Source of the DNA: an uncultured Clostridia bacterium | GTDB taxonomy: Bacteria > Bacillota > Clostridia > TANB77 > CAG-508 | Length of the DNA: 64,000 bases | Direction of reading: 5' to 3' | Assembly: GCA_949948835.1 (NCBI GenBank) | Contig: CATLHF010000008.1 | Span: 10,873 to 74,872, forward strand | Shown: positions 21,994 through 32,588 of the stretch, in pieces | How the letters are laid out: each line of letters starts with the position of its first letter | Numbering within the stretch: the stretch's first letter is position 1 | Program-made: the position numbers and the translations under genes | Notes under the pieces: model-generated | What the model was told of the DNA's origin: nothing | Seen by the model: only the letters and a program-made list of their open reading frames with translations | Database searches by the model: none

Positions 21994-22095
21994 TTTGTTC
22001 CCCTCCTTCCGGTGTTTCGCAAGTGTATGTAATTTTAAGGGTGTGTGTAATTTATTTTTGTTCGTTTCTTTTTCCTTAACTTTAATACGTGTATT

Positions 22096-22125
22096 ATTAT
22101 AACTTACTTAAACCAATATTGTCAA
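22096..22125 (-). promoter_or_regulatory. Sigma-A promoter of rpsU
   Basis: TTGACA-18 nt-TATAAT on the minus strand. Confidence 0.7.
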
Positions 22126-22141
22126 TACTTAAGAAGGGATT

Positions 22142-23086
22142 TTAATATATTTTCAATAATTCTCCTAATGGTTTTTCTTCATTGATTCTCTTGATTGCTT
22201 CTGCAAATAATGGTGCTATTGATAATACTTTTATTTTATCAATTTGTTTTTCTTCTGTTAATGGGATTGTATCTGTAATCACTAGTTCTTTAATTGGTGA
22301 ATTTTGAATTCTTTCAATTGCTGGCCCTGATAGTACACCATGAGTGCATCCTGCATAAATTTCTCTTGCGCCAAAGTGCTCTAGTATTTTTGCTGTTTCT
22401 ATCATAGAACCTGCTGTATCTACTTCGTCGTCAAATATAATAGTTTGTTTATCTTTTACATCTCCAATAACAGTAGTTGCAATGGCTCTATCATCATTTC
22501 CATCTCTTCTTTTATCAATTAATGCAATTGGACATCCAAAGTATTCAGAATATTTATATGCTTTTTTTGAACTTCCTGCATCAGTTGCAACAATTACCAT
22601 ATCGGTTAGATTTTTTTCTTTAAAATACGTTTGTAATAAGTTTTGTGCAGATAATCGATCACAATTAATGCTAAAATATGCTTGTATTGCTGGGTTATGT
22701 AAGTCACAAGTGATAACTCGATCGGCTCCTGCTGCTTCAATTAATTGTGCCATTAGTTTTGCAGTTACTGGTACACGTGGTTGATCTTTTTTGTCTGATC
22801 TTGAATAAATGAAATATGGTAATACAACATTTACTTTTCCTGCTGATGCGCGTTTTACAGCATCAATTGTAATTAGTAATTCCATTACTCTTTCATTTAC
22901 TGGTGGTTCGGTTGTTTGTACAATGTATACATCTTTTCCACGAACAGTTTCTAAAATTTGTACAAAGTTATTGTCATTTTTAAACTTAATAGAATTAATT
23001 TTTCCCATTTCGATTCCTAAACAATCACACATATCTTTCGTAAACTTTTCTGCTGATTTACAAGCAAAAATTTTAACATTTTCCAT
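22142..23086 (-). CDS. prs: Ribose-phosphate pyrophosphokinase
   Basis: ETVRGKDVYIVQ, MELLITIDAVKRASA, YSRSDKK, DLH, IFDDEVDTAGS, THGVLSG. Confidence 0.95.
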   Translation of the reverse strand: MENVKIFACKSAEKFTKDMCDCLGIEMGKINSIKFKNDNNFVQILETVRGKDVYIVQTTEPPVNERVMELLITIDAVKRASAGKVNVVLPYFIYSRSDKKDQPRVPVTAKLMAQLIEAAGADRVITCDLHNPAIQAYFSINCDRLSAQNLLQTYFKEKNLTDMVIVATDAGSSKKAYKYSEYFGCPIALIDKRRDGNDDRAIATTVIGDVKDKQTIIFDDEVDTAGSMIETAKILEHFGAREIYAGCTHGVLSGPAIERIQNSPIKELVITDTIPLTEEKQIDKIKVLSIAPLFAEAIKRINEEKPLGELLKIY

Positions 23087-23227
23087 AATTTTGACTCCTT
23101 TTTTTATTATTTTAAAATTCTTTTTTATTATAACATTTATTTTAATTTTGTGAATATGTTTTTGAAATATTTTGTAGAAAATTGTAGTAAATATATATTT
23201 TGTTTATATAACTTATATAATAAGAAA

Positions 23228-23255
23228 AGAGGTTATCGAATTTTCGATAACCTCT
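23228..23255. terminator. Terminator-like hairpin
   Basis: AGAGGTTATCGAA-tt-TTCGATAACCTCT. Confidence 0.6.
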
Positions 23256-23265
23256 CTATTAAAGA

Positions 23266-24456
23266 TTAGCTACATATAATATAAGAACCTATCTTCACTT
23301 TCCTTAAGAAAATTCTTAATTCATTATGAAGATTTCTCAAATTTTGCAAGGTTATATCAAAATTTAATTTTGCTAAAAAACCTTTAAATTCCACTATCTC
23401 TTCCGTTAAAGTCTCCTGACTTTCTATTACGGACATAACTTCAGAAGCCGGTAATGTAACTTGTAAGTACACACGTGGGCCTTTCTCATGCTGTTCTTTT
23501 ATCATGTCTTTGCCTTTTAAGAGCTGAACTTCCATCATTTCTTCCCTATTCATTGTATCATCGCCACTTTTTAATAATTCACTATATGTTTTAGATGAAT
23601 CAAAAAAATTGTTGGTTATGGCATCAATGGTAGCCCAATAATGCGCTTGGTCCATGCATCGATATTTGTGTCCATTAAGTTCTATCCATACTGAGTTTGT
23701 TTTCTTTTCAACCAGTAATGGAACTGTTTTCCCTATCACATCACTTAATCCTGTTGCAGGAATTCTTATATTGCTTACGCATTTTCCTTGCGTTATGTTT
23801 CCTTCAATGGAACACATATGCATAACTTCTATGTAAACATCATAGGCGTCTTGCATTTTTTCTAAATACAATAATGGATTCTTCTGCTCAAGTCTGGATA
23901 TTTTTTTTACTTGATCTAACTTTTCTCTTGAAAGCAGACAAACTATCCGCTTAATTTCACCATCTGTCAGAATTATCTGTTTTTTTGTATTCAGATTCAT
24001 TTCTGCATATGCCGGCCCTAATTGGCCCCTTTTATCAAGTTCGTCTTCAAAAGTTGTAATTTCTTCAATTAACCTATAGTACTCATCTAGTTTATTTTTC
24101 CTTTCCATCTCATCCGCAATTTGATTTAAAACAGATAAAACATTTTTTCCAGATGATATGATTGATTCAGCAATAGCAAAATTACTTTTAGCAATGGCAT
24201 TATTGCTTTTAGCAATGGCATTATTGCTTTTAGCAATGGCATTATTGCTTTTATCAAGTTCTGGATTGTGTGTAATACCAGCTTTTTGTTCCTCGCCAGT
24301 GTGTTTAGCCTCTATCTCCTTGTCTTTCTTATCCTTCTTAGCCTTCTTAGCCTCAAGATCATACTTAGGCTCATCAATAGTAGGTCCCTTAGGTATCCTA
24401 GCATAAGCATCAAAAGGCACTAGAGGCTCAGTCTGAATGTTGGTAACATCTTTCAT
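23266..24456 (-). CDS. Hypothetical protein with a heptad tandem repeat
   Basis: 396 aa ORF, GGAGG RBS, no recognised family. Confidence 0.65.
   Translation of the reverse strand: MKDVTNIQTEPLVPFDAYARIPKGPTIDEPKYDLEAKKAKKDKKDKEIEAKHTGEEQKAGITHNPELDKSNNAIAKSNNAIAKSNNAIAKSNFAIAESIISSGKNVLSVLNQIADEMERKNKLDEYYRLIEEITTFEDELDKRGQLGPAYAEMNLNTKKQIILTDGEIKRIVCLLSREKLDQVKKISRLEQKNPLLYLEKMQDAYDVYIEVMHMCSIEGNITQGKCVSNIRIPATGLSDVIGKTVPLLVEKKTNSVWIELNGHKYRCMDQAHYWATIDAITNNFFDSSKTYSELLKSGDDTMNREEMMEVQLLKGKDMIKEQHEKGPRVYLQVTLPASEVMSVIESQETLTEEIVEFKGFLAKLNFDITLQNLRNLHNELRIFLRKVKIGSYIICS
24165..24248. repeat. 21-bp in-frame tandem repeat (3 perfect copies + 1 degenerate) encoding SNNAIAK
   Basis: Unit TTTTAGCAATGGCATTATTGC at 24186-24206, 24207-24227 and 24228-24248. 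Confidence 0.9.
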
Positions 24457-24672
24457 ATCTCTACCTCCTGGTGTAATGTGAATTTTTTAGTTACTTGGTT
24501 TCTTAAATATGTTCTCCTCTCTTTTAATAGTATGCAACGCATTATGTAACCATTTTAGCATGCGTAATATGACTTGTCAAGTTTTAGCCATATCATGCTA
24601 TATTTTTTTATGGTTCTTTGCAAATAAAAATGAATCTAATATTCTTATTAGATTCACTCTATTATTATTTGT

Positions 24673-25221
24673 TTAATTTACGTTTAACATTAGTCCTTCT
24701 TCTAGATTTGCCCAAACGACTTTGTTTTCTTTTACGCTTTTTGGTACATCGATTAGTCTTTGGTTTTCGGATCCTCTAAATCTTAGAGATAGATTTTTCT
24801 TTTCTTCTTGGAATTTTCCATCAACGATAACATCAATATCAGAAATTAGTTCTTTTGTTTCATCCCATGTGTTATACATTTTTCCCATAACGTCTTTTTC
24901 GAAGTCAAATCCTGTATAGCACCAGATACTTTTATTAGGAAATTTCTCTTTTACTTGTCTTACAAGTGGTAATAATCCTTTTTGATTATTGTATTCTAAT
25001 GGTTCTCCGCCAAGTAGTGATAATCCTTCTATGTAATCATGGTCTAAATCTTTTAAGACTTGGTCAATTGTTTCTTGATTAAATTCTTTTCCATAGTTAA
25101 AGTCCCATGCTTCTTGGTTAAAACATCCTTTGCAATGATGGTTACATCCACTCACAAAGACACTTACTCTAACTCCTGGTCCATTTGCTACGTCACATTC
25201 CTTTATTTTGGCATAATTCAT
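24673..25221 (-). CDS. nrdG: Anaerobic ribonucleotide reductase activating enzyme
   Basis: NGPGVRVSVFVSGCNHHCKGCFN, LLGGEP, FRGSENQR. Confidence 0.95.
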   Translation of the reverse strand: MNYAKIKECDVANGPGVRVSVFVSGCNHHCKGCFNQEAWDFNYGKEFNQETIDQVLKDLDHDYIEGLSLLGGEPLEYNNQKGLLPLVRQVKEKFPNKSIWCYTGFDFEKDVMGKMYNTWDETKELISDIDVIVDGKFQEEKKNLSLRFRGSENQRLIDVPKSVKENKVVWANLEEGLMLNVN

Positions 25222-25232
25222 TTTATCATCTC

Positions 25233-27359
25233 CTATAGATGTAATACTCTTGATTTAATTTCTTTTGTTTTCCCTTCATTCCAGAAGTTTTCTCCTAAGT
25301 ATCCACAGGTTCTTCTTGTTACGTTCATTTTACTATGGTCTTTGTTTCCACATTGTGGACATTCCCATTCTCCAGAATCATTAATCGTAATTTCTCCATC
25401 AAATCCACATACATGGCAGTAATCTGATTTTGTATTAAATTCTGCGTACTGTATATTATCATATATGAATTTTACAACTTCTTCAAGTGCTTTTAGATTA
25501 TTTTGTATATTTGGTATTTCAATGTAAGAGATTGAACCACCAGATGAGATTTTTTGGAATTCACTTTCGAATGCTAATTTTTGGAATCCATCAATTTTTT
25601 CTCTAACATCTACATGGTAAGAGTTTGTATAATATCCTTTATCTGTAACATCTTTGATTTCTCCAAATCTTTCTTTATCGATTCTTGCAAAACGATAACA
25701 TAAGCTTTCTGCTGGTGTTCCGTATAATGCAAATCCAATGTTTGTTTCTTGTTTCCAACGGTCGGTTGCTTCTCTTAAATGGTTCATGACTTGTAGTGCA
25801 AAATCATGTCCTTCTTTTGTTGTGTGAGAAACTCCTTTCATTAGTTTTGTTAATTCATAAATACCAATATATCCTAATGACATGGTTGAGTATCCGCCTT
25901 TTAATAATGGATCAATTTTTTCTCCTGATTGTAGACGAGCAATTGCTCCATATTTCCAATGGATTGGGCTTGTGTCTGAAGTAGTTCCAAGTAATGCATA
26001 ATGTCTACACATCAACGCTTCTTTACAAAGTTCTAATCTTTCATCTAATAATTTCCAGAATTTTTCTTCGTTTCCGTTCGCAATAATTCCAATTTGAGGT
26101 AAATTTAAACTTACAACACCTTGATTAAATCTTCCTTCAAATTTGTAGTTTCCATTTTCATCTTTCCATGGTGATAAGAAACTTCTACATCCCATTGGGC
26201 TAAATACGTTTCCTTCATAATTTTCACGCATTTTTTTAGCAGAAATATAATCTGGGTACATTCTCTTGCTTGAACATTTTACGGCAAGTTTTGTTAAGTA
26301 ATCGTATTTTCCTCCCGTTAGGTTATTGTGTTCATATAATACATACACAAGTTTTGGGAATGCTGGTGTTACATATACACCTTTTTCGTTTTTGATTCCC
26401 TTGTATCTTTGTCTTAAGATTTCTTCAATAATCATTGCATTTTCTTCCATGTATTCGTCACCTTCTTCTAGGTTTAAGAATAAGGTAACAAATGGTGATT
26501 GTCCGTTTGTTGTCATTAATGTATTGATTTGGTATTGAATGGTTTGAACACCTGCTGCAAGTTCTGTTTTTAGTCTTTGTTCTACCATCTCATCTATTAT
26601 ATCTTGTGGTAATTTATCTTTATAGTTTTCTTCTAATTCTTTCTTGAATTTTTCTTTACTTTTTCTTAAATATTTTCCTAAGTGTTTTAAATCGACACTT
26701 TGTCCACCATATTGGTTACTTGCAACTGCAGCAATAATTTGTGTAGATACGGTACATGCAACTTGAAAACTTTTTGGACTTTCAATTAATTTTCCATTCA
26801 TAACCGTTCCATTGTCTAACATATCTCCAATGTTTATTAAACAACAGTTAAAAATTGGTTGTAAAAAGTAATCTGCATCATGAAAGTGTAAAACACCTTC
26901 ATCATGTGCTTTTGATATTTTTTCAGGAAGTAAGATTCTTTTTGTTAAGTCTTTTGAAACTTCTCCTGCTATATAATCTCTTTGTGTAGAGGCAAGAACT
27001 GCGTTTTTGTTTGAATTTTCTTCTAATAATTCCTTGTTTTGGTTTTTGATTAATCCTAAGATGGATTCATCGGTTGTATTTTGTTTACGTACTAACATTC
27101 TTGTATAACGGTATACAATATATTTTTTTGCAAGTTCAAATCTTTCATGTTCCATTAATTGTTCTTCAATAATATCTTGGATATCTTCTACTAGAATTCT
27201 CTTTTTGTCTAGATTTTGAATATATTCAATAATCTCATTAATTTCTTCTTTTGTTGCTCTTTCTTTTGCTCTTACTTCTTTGTTTGCTTTTTCGATTGCA
27301 GTTACAATTTTATCCCTATTATAATCTACTGCTCTTCCATCTCTTTTAATAACTTTCAT
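25233..27359 (-). CDS. nrdD: Anaerobic ribonucleoside-triphosphate reductase (class III)
   Basis: ATP cone (VIKRDGR), NCCL, MGCRS, TPAESL, C-terminal Zn-binding Cys pairs and RRTCGYLG. Confidence 0.95.
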   Translation of the reverse strand: MKVIKRDGRAVDYNRDKIVTAIEKANKEVRAKERATKEEINEIIEYIQNLDKKRILVEDIQDIIEEQLMEHERFELAKKYIVYRYTRMLVRKQNTTDESILGLIKNQNKELLEENSNKNAVLASTQRDYIAGEVSKDLTKRILLPEKISKAHDEGVLHFHDADYFLQPIFNCCLINIGDMLDNGTVMNGKLIESPKSFQVACTVSTQIIAAVASNQYGGQSVDLKHLGKYLRKSKEKFKKELEENYKDKLPQDIIDEMVEQRLKTELAAGVQTIQYQINTLMTTNGQSPFVTLFLNLEEGDEYMEENAMIIEEILRQRYKGIKNEKGVYVTPAFPKLVYVLYEHNNLTGGKYDYLTKLAVKCSSKRMYPDYISAKKMRENYEGNVFSPMGCRSFLSPWKDENGNYKFEGRFNQGVVSLNLPQIGIIANGNEEKFWKLLDERLELCKEALMCRHYALLGTTSDTSPIHWKYGAIARLQSGEKIDPLLKGGYSTMSLGYIGIYELTKLMKGVSHTTKEGHDFALQVMNHLREATDRWKQETNIGFALYGTPAESLCYRFARIDKERFGEIKDVTDKGYYTNSYHVDVREKIDGFQKLAFESEFQKISSGGSISYIEIPNIQNNLKALEEVVKFIYDNIQYAEFNTKSDYCHVCGFDGEITINDSGEWECPQCGNKDHSKMNVTRRTCGYLGENFWNEGKTKEIKSRVLHL

Positions 27360-27614
27360 TGTTCTTTCCCCCTCCAAGTTTCATGTACTTATTATATCGT
27401 AACTTTTTTTATTTTCTGTTGCAATTGCAACAAATTATGAGAATTGGGTTTTGTTTTTTTATAAACTAGCTCCGTTGTAAGCAAATTCGCTTTATTTCAT
27501 TTATATTACAAATGTATGACATCTTATTTTGTCGAATTTTGCTTGAAAACACTGGTTTTTGTTCTTGTTGCATTTTTATAATATTTTATGTATAATATCT
27601 AGGAGGTAACTGGA

Positions 27615-28248
27615 ATGAATATTGATTTAGATTTGTCTATGTTTATGAAAGATTTAGATAAGAATTGTTCTAAAGTACAAAAAAAATCCTTTAAAAAAGG
27701 GGAATTAATCACTTCTTATATTGCAAAGCGTAATCAACTTTGTTTGATGCTTTCGCGGAGAAGCCGATTTAATCCGTTATGATTTAAATGGAAATCGTAC
27801 GATTGTAGAACATTTTTCAGATAATGCTATTTTTGGTGAAATTTTTTATGTGGTAAACACAAATAATGAATTGTTTGTTGAAGCGAAAAAGAATTCAACA
27901 GTTTTATTTTTTATTTATGATGATTTACAACAAAAATGCAATCCTAATTGCTTGTTTCATCAAAAATTATTAGATAGTCTTTCTTCTTTATATTTAAATA
28001 AAGTTATTGAATTAAATACTCGAATTGAATTGTTAAGTAAGAGAACAATCCGTGAAAAATTGCTTGGCTATTTTCATGTTATTTCTTCAAAAAACATGGG
28101 AAAAACCTTTCAAATTCCGTTTTCTCTTACTGACCTTGCCGATTATTTAAGTGTTGACAGAAGCGCCATGATGCGTGAGTTAAAGCTTTTAAAAGAAGAT
28201 GGTTTTATTGAAAAAAGCGGTAACCGCATTAAGTTGTTATATAAGTAA
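27615..28248 (+). CDS. Crp/Fnr family transcriptional regulator; ~210 aa via +1 shift at CGGA 27756-27759
   Basis: AGGAGG RBS and ATG 27615; FKKGELI...LCLMLS-G-EADLIRYDLNGNRTIVEHF..IFGE (cNMP domain); C-terminal HTH LADYLSVDRSAMMREL. Confidence 0.85.
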
Positions 28249-28260
28249 AAGACAGCAAAA

Positions 28261-28332
28261 TGAAGTGCACCTCCGTTTAGATTATACCATAATGTCCTTT
28301 TTATTATGGTCTACTAAACGGGGGGCATTTCA
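28261..28332. mobile_element. 72-bp MITE / IS3-family end remnant inserted in a terminator hairpin
   Basis: 5'-TGAAGTGCACCTCCGTTTAG...CTAAACGGGGGGCATTTCA-3' imperfect terminal inverted repeats with TG...CA ends, AAA on both flanks, and outer arms AAAAGACAG/CTGTCTTTT. Confidence 0.6.
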
Positions 28333-28351
28333 AAATCTGTCTTTTTATTTA

Positions 28352-29200
28352 TTATTGGATATCTCCTTTTTTTATTTTTTCAATTTCTTCTTTTGATAAA
28401 TTAGTTATTTTTATAATCATTTCAATTGATTGGTTCATTTCCAATAATCTTTTTGTTGTTTCTATCTTCTCTTCTCGTTTTCCTGCTTCTGTCAAACCAA
28501 TTCGTGCCATTTTTCATCTAATATTGCTTTTTCTTTTAACTCTGCTACTCTTCTCAATTCCTCATCTTGACTGAGTTGTTTTAGTTCATCCATTGCCTTT
28601 TTTATTTCTTTGTTTTCTTCCATGATTTTTTCTACCTCCTTTTCATTCGGATTATAAAAAAATATCATCCATTGTGCTTGTTGCATCTTTTTCTAATATT
28701 CGTTTCGCTTTTGGTATTTCTATTATATGTATTTCAAATAGCTCTGTCAATATGATTTCTCGACCAGTTAATATCTCTTTTATTTGCCATTTTTTGTGTG
28801 TACTCTCGATTTCTCTTAATTTCTCAAAATTATAATCTAATATAATAATTCCTATTACTTTGTTAAGTTTTGTATAATCATTCCCTTTCAATAATTGTCC
28901 TGAATATATTCTACTCCAGTAATATAAAAATCGTTCTGCTGTATATTCGTTGCTAGCAAGTTGTACTTCTATATTACAAATGATTCCATCATTTAATGTT
29001 ACTCTTAGGTCTAGTATTCCTAGTCTTTCTTCTGGATATTTCCCTATAATATATTTATCATTGTTTAAATCAATCTTTTCTATTTTCTCTTTTGTTACTG
29101 CTGTTATGACAGCTTTTGCTATATCTTCATTTCCCTGTCGAAATAATGAATGAAATACAACATCAATTTTTGGTTTTAATGGTTTTTTCTTTTCTTTCAT
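28352..29200 (-). pseudogene. Rpn / PD-(D/E)XK nuclease family putative transposase, degraded
   Basis: PKIDVVFHSLF, ILDLR, NIEVQ, ERFLYYWSRIY, IHIIEIPK; two non-CGG frame breaks near 28680 and 28510; the C-terminal 'IIKITNLSKEEIEKI' lies in a third frame. Confidence 0.8.
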
Positions 29201-29479
29201 TTATTTTTCCTCTCTGTTTTGTATTTTAAATTGCATAAAAACAAACCATTTTCACCTCCTATTTTTAATTTGTTATTTGGTCTTATAATTCATTTGGATT
29301 TTTAATTAGATCTTGTTTTTGAATAAATCTTTTTTGAATCAATTTTTTAGAAATCTTCTGAATGAAATCCTATGATAGACAAAATAATTGCACACATTAT
29401 GCAATTTAATAAATTTATTAAATCATAATATGTGCAATTTTTCAATTATTTTTCATCGACCTATTTTTCGACCTATTTT

Positions 29480-31276
29480 TTATGCAAAGATTTGGTCAAA
29501 TTCTTCTCCGTCGATTTTTTCTTTTTCTAGTAGAATTCCCGCTACGGAATGTAATTTTTCTATATTTGCTTTTAAAATTTCTTCTGCTTTATGGTATGCT
29601 GTATCGATAATGATTTTGGTTTCTTCATCGATGATAGATGCTGTTTCTTCTGAGTATTCTTTGCTTTGTGCAAAGTCTCTTCCCAAGAATACTTCTTCTT
29701 GTGTTGAGCCTAACATAATTGCTCCTACTCTATCACTCATACCATATTTGGTTACCATGCTTCTTGCAATTTTGGTTGCTCTTTCAATATCGTTACTTGC
29801 TCCTGTTGAAATATCATTTAAGATTAATTTTTCCGCTACTCTACCACCAAGTAATGATACAATGTTTTCTTCCATTTCTGTCTTTGACATGAAAGATTTG
29901 TCTTCCGTTGGGCGATACATGGTGTATCCTCCTGCCATTCCTCTTGGTACAATAGAAATTTGATGTACTGGGTCTTGGGTTGGCAAGAAACGACTTACGA
30001 CTGCATGGCCTGCTTCGTGGTATGCAACTAGTTTATTTTCTTTTTCACTTCTTACTCTTGTTTTCTTTTCTGGTCCCATGGTTACTTTTACCATGGCATC
30101 TTCAATTTCTTTCATTCCAATTTCTTTTATGTCTCTTCTTGCAGCAAGTAAAGCTGCTTCGTTTAATACATTTTCTAAATCTGCTCCTGCAAAACCTGAG
30201 GTGTTTTTAGCAATTGTTTTTAGGTCTACATCTTCTGCTAATTTTTTCTTTTTCGCATGTACTTCTAAGATTTGTTCTCTTGCTTTTACATCTGGTGCAG
30301 ATACAACGATTTGACGATCGAATCTTCCTGGTCTTAGTAATGCTTTATCTAATACATCTGGACGGTTGGTTGCGGCAAGTACAATAACGCCTTCATTGGT
30401 TCCAAATCCATCCATTTCAACTAATAATTGATTTAAGGTTTGTTCTCTTTCATCATGTCCTCCACCAAGTCCTGCTCCTCTTTGACGACCTACTGCATCA
30501 ATTTCATCAATGAAGATAATACATGGTGCTTTTTTCTTAGCTTCTTCAAATAAGTCTCTTACACGGGATGCTCCCACACCAACAAACATTTCTACGAAGT
30601 CAGAACCACTAATAATAAAGAATGGTACTCCTGCTTCTCCTGCTACTGCTTTAGCAAGTAATGTTTTTCCTGTTCCTGGTTGACCAACAAGTAATACTCC
30701 TTTTGGAATTCTTGCTCCCATATCTGTGAATTTTTTTGGACTTTTTAAGAATTCTACAATTTCTTCTAATTCTTCTTTTTCTTCATCCACTCCTGCTACA
30801 TCTTCAAAGGTAACACGGTTTTGTTCACTTTGTCCCATTAGTCTTGCTTTACTTTTTCCAAATGACATGGTTTTGTTTCCACCTTGGTTTGGGTTCATCA
30901 CAAATAACCAAAAAATTAGGAAAATAATTAGTAATCCAAATGGTGTTAATAAACTTAATATGGTAATAAAAATCGATTGGTTTTGTTCTGTTAATGTAAT
31001 ATTTCCTTCTTTTAATGGAGTAGCAGCATATGTCATAAAGCTATCAATACTTGGTATATTTACTTCTTTTTTATTGTTATCTCCTTTTACTGTTACATAT
31101 GCTTTTTTCGCATCTGCTGATAATTCAATTTCTGATATTTCTGCTGTTTCCATTTTGGTAATCAATTCTGAATATGTCATTTTCGTATCTTGATTATCTA
31201 AAATAGATGTTAACAGTACAATAAAAATAACTCCTATAATTAGCCACATGGCTAGTGTTTTTAATCCGTTTTTCAA
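29480..31276 (-). CDS. ftsH: ATP-dependent zinc metalloprotease FtsH
   Basis: Two TM helices, [26 protein letters not shown]; TTG start behind a GAAGGAGG RBS. Confidence 0.97.
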   Translation of the reverse strand: MKNGLKTLAMWLIIGVIFIVLLTSILDNQDTKMTYSELITKMETAEISEIELSADAKKAYVTVKGDNNKKEVNIPSIDSFMTYAATPLKEGNITLTEQNQSIFITILSLLTPFGLLIIFLIFWLFVMNPNQGGNKTMSFGKSKARLMGQSEQNRVTFEDVAGVDEEKEELEEIVEFLKSPKKFTDMGARIPKGVLLVGQPGTGKTLLAKAVAGEAGVPFFIISGSDFVEMFVGVGASRVRDLFEEAKKKAPCIIFIDEIDAVGRQRGAGLGGGHDEREQTLNQLLVEMDGFGTNEGVIVLAATNRPDVLDKALLRPGRFDRQIVVSAPDVKAREQILEVHAKKKKLAEDVDLKTIAKNTSGFAGADLENVLNEAALLAARRDIKEIGMKEIEDAMVKVTMGPEKKTRVRSEKENKLVAYHEAGHAVVSRFLPTQDPVHQISIVPRGMAGGYTMYRPTEDKSFMSKTEMEENIVSLLGGRVAEKLILNDISTGASNDIERATKIARSMVTKYGMSDRVGAIMLGSTQEEVFLGRDFAQSKEYSEETASIIDEETKIIIDTAYHKAEEILKANIEKLHSVAGILLEKEKIDGEEFDQIFA

Positions 31277-31429
31277 GATGACTTCCTCCTTCAAAAGTAA
31301 AGTTTGTACTCTTCACTTTTCACTCTTAACTTTTGCTTGCAATATACCATATTTGTTTTCTAATTGCAAGCATTTTTATGTGTCTTTTTTGTGTCGAATC
31401 CAGTCGTATCAAGGTTTTGCTTACGGATG

Positions 31430-32416
31430 CTATTGGTTTATCATAAAAAATATTTTCTGTTTTTGTACTAAAATTTTAATCTTTTTATTCGGAATTAAAA
31501 ATTTATTGCCAATATTATTCCCGCACAACTTAATAATATCTTCAATATGTTTCTTTTCGATTCCAGAACTTGCTCCAAAAAGCATCGTTATAGTATATAA
31601 CACAATTCGATTTTTTATAACTAAATCTAATTTATTAAATTTTCTTAAATCTAATACAATTTCTTTCTTATTGTTTGATAATAATATTTCTTCATAAGCT
31701 TGTTTTGTTATTTGTTCTAAGTATTTGTCTTCTTCTTGAATAATATCTGCCATTCTTGCAATAGATTCTATCATGTTTGGATTAAATTCTTTTTCTAAAT
31801 AGGGAATTAACTCATTTCTTATTTTATTTCTTGTATAAATATTTTCAAAGTTTGTTTGATCAATTTGGGGATTTAATTTGTTTTGTTCACAATATTCTTC
31901 AATCTCACTTCTTTTGCATTCAATAAGAGGTCTGATATAGATATTATCTCTTACTGGTTCTATTCCTTTTAGCCCAGAAAGACCGGTTCCCCTAAGTAAA
32001 TTCATCATAACCGTTTCTACTAAATCGTTTTTAGTATGTGCTGTTGCAATTTTATTTGCTCCTACTTGCTTTTGTATCTTAGAAAAAAAGGCATATCGTA
32101 CTTTTCTTCCCATCTCTTCTGTTCCTAATTTTTCTTTCTTTGCTTTTTCTAATACATTTTCTCTTTTTATAAAACAAGCAATTCTATAGTTTTTACACAT
32201 TTGTTCAACGTACTGCTCATCTTCTTCCGCTTCTTTTCGAATGCCATGATTAATATGACATACAGTAAAGGTAAAATGTAACTGTTCTTGTAAATTTAAA
32301 AAAATATGGAATAAACAAGTAGAGTCAGGTCCCCCTGACACTCCAAGTATAATATGATCATTTTCTTCGATTAAATGATATTTCTTAATTGTTTGTAATA
32401 CTTTTTCTTCTAACAT
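31430..32416 (-). CDS. tilS: tRNA(Ile)-lysidine synthase (short form)
   Basis: VSGGPDS, HINHGIR, RYAFF, TAHTKND..ET..NLLRGTG, IRPLI, RNKIRNEL. Confidence 0.93.
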   Translation of the reverse strand: MLEEKVLQTIKKYHLIEENDHIILGVSGGPDSTCLFHIFLNLQEQLHFTFTVCHINHGIRKEAEEDEQYVEQMCKNYRIACFIKRENVLEKAKKEKLGTEEMGRKVRYAFFSKIQKQVGANKIATAHTKNDLVETVMMNLLRGTGLSGLKGIEPVRDNIYIRPLIECKRSEIEEYCEQNKLNPQIDQTNFENIYTRNKIRNELIPYLEKEFNPNMIESIARMADIIQEEDKYLEQITKQAYEEILLSNNKKEIVLDLRKFNKLDLVIKNRIVLYTITMLFGASSGIEKKHIEDIIKLCGNNIGNKFLIPNKKIKILVQKQKIFFMINQ

Positions 32417-32588
32417 ATAATTTCCTTTTATATAATTTCATATCCTTCTTTAATTATGTTTCGAAATTCTTCACTAATAGAATGCCAATCGAATAACTCA
32501 ATTTGATTTCATATATCGTTATTCTTTTTTCTAGCGCTACAATTGCTTTGTGCAAACTAGAATAATTAACCCCCATCTTTTTCTTTTT

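Noticed and set aside
24165-24248. Direct repeats as a CRISPR array
   Set aside because: Head-to-tail 21-bp units with no spacers, in frame within an ORF, and no cas genes.
28352-29200. Frame breaks in the Rpn-family gene as further recoding sites
   Set aside because: Neither break has a CGG; they look like a small deletion and a lost base in an A-run, i.e. ordinary pseudogene decay. They serve as an internal contrast to the nine CGG sites.
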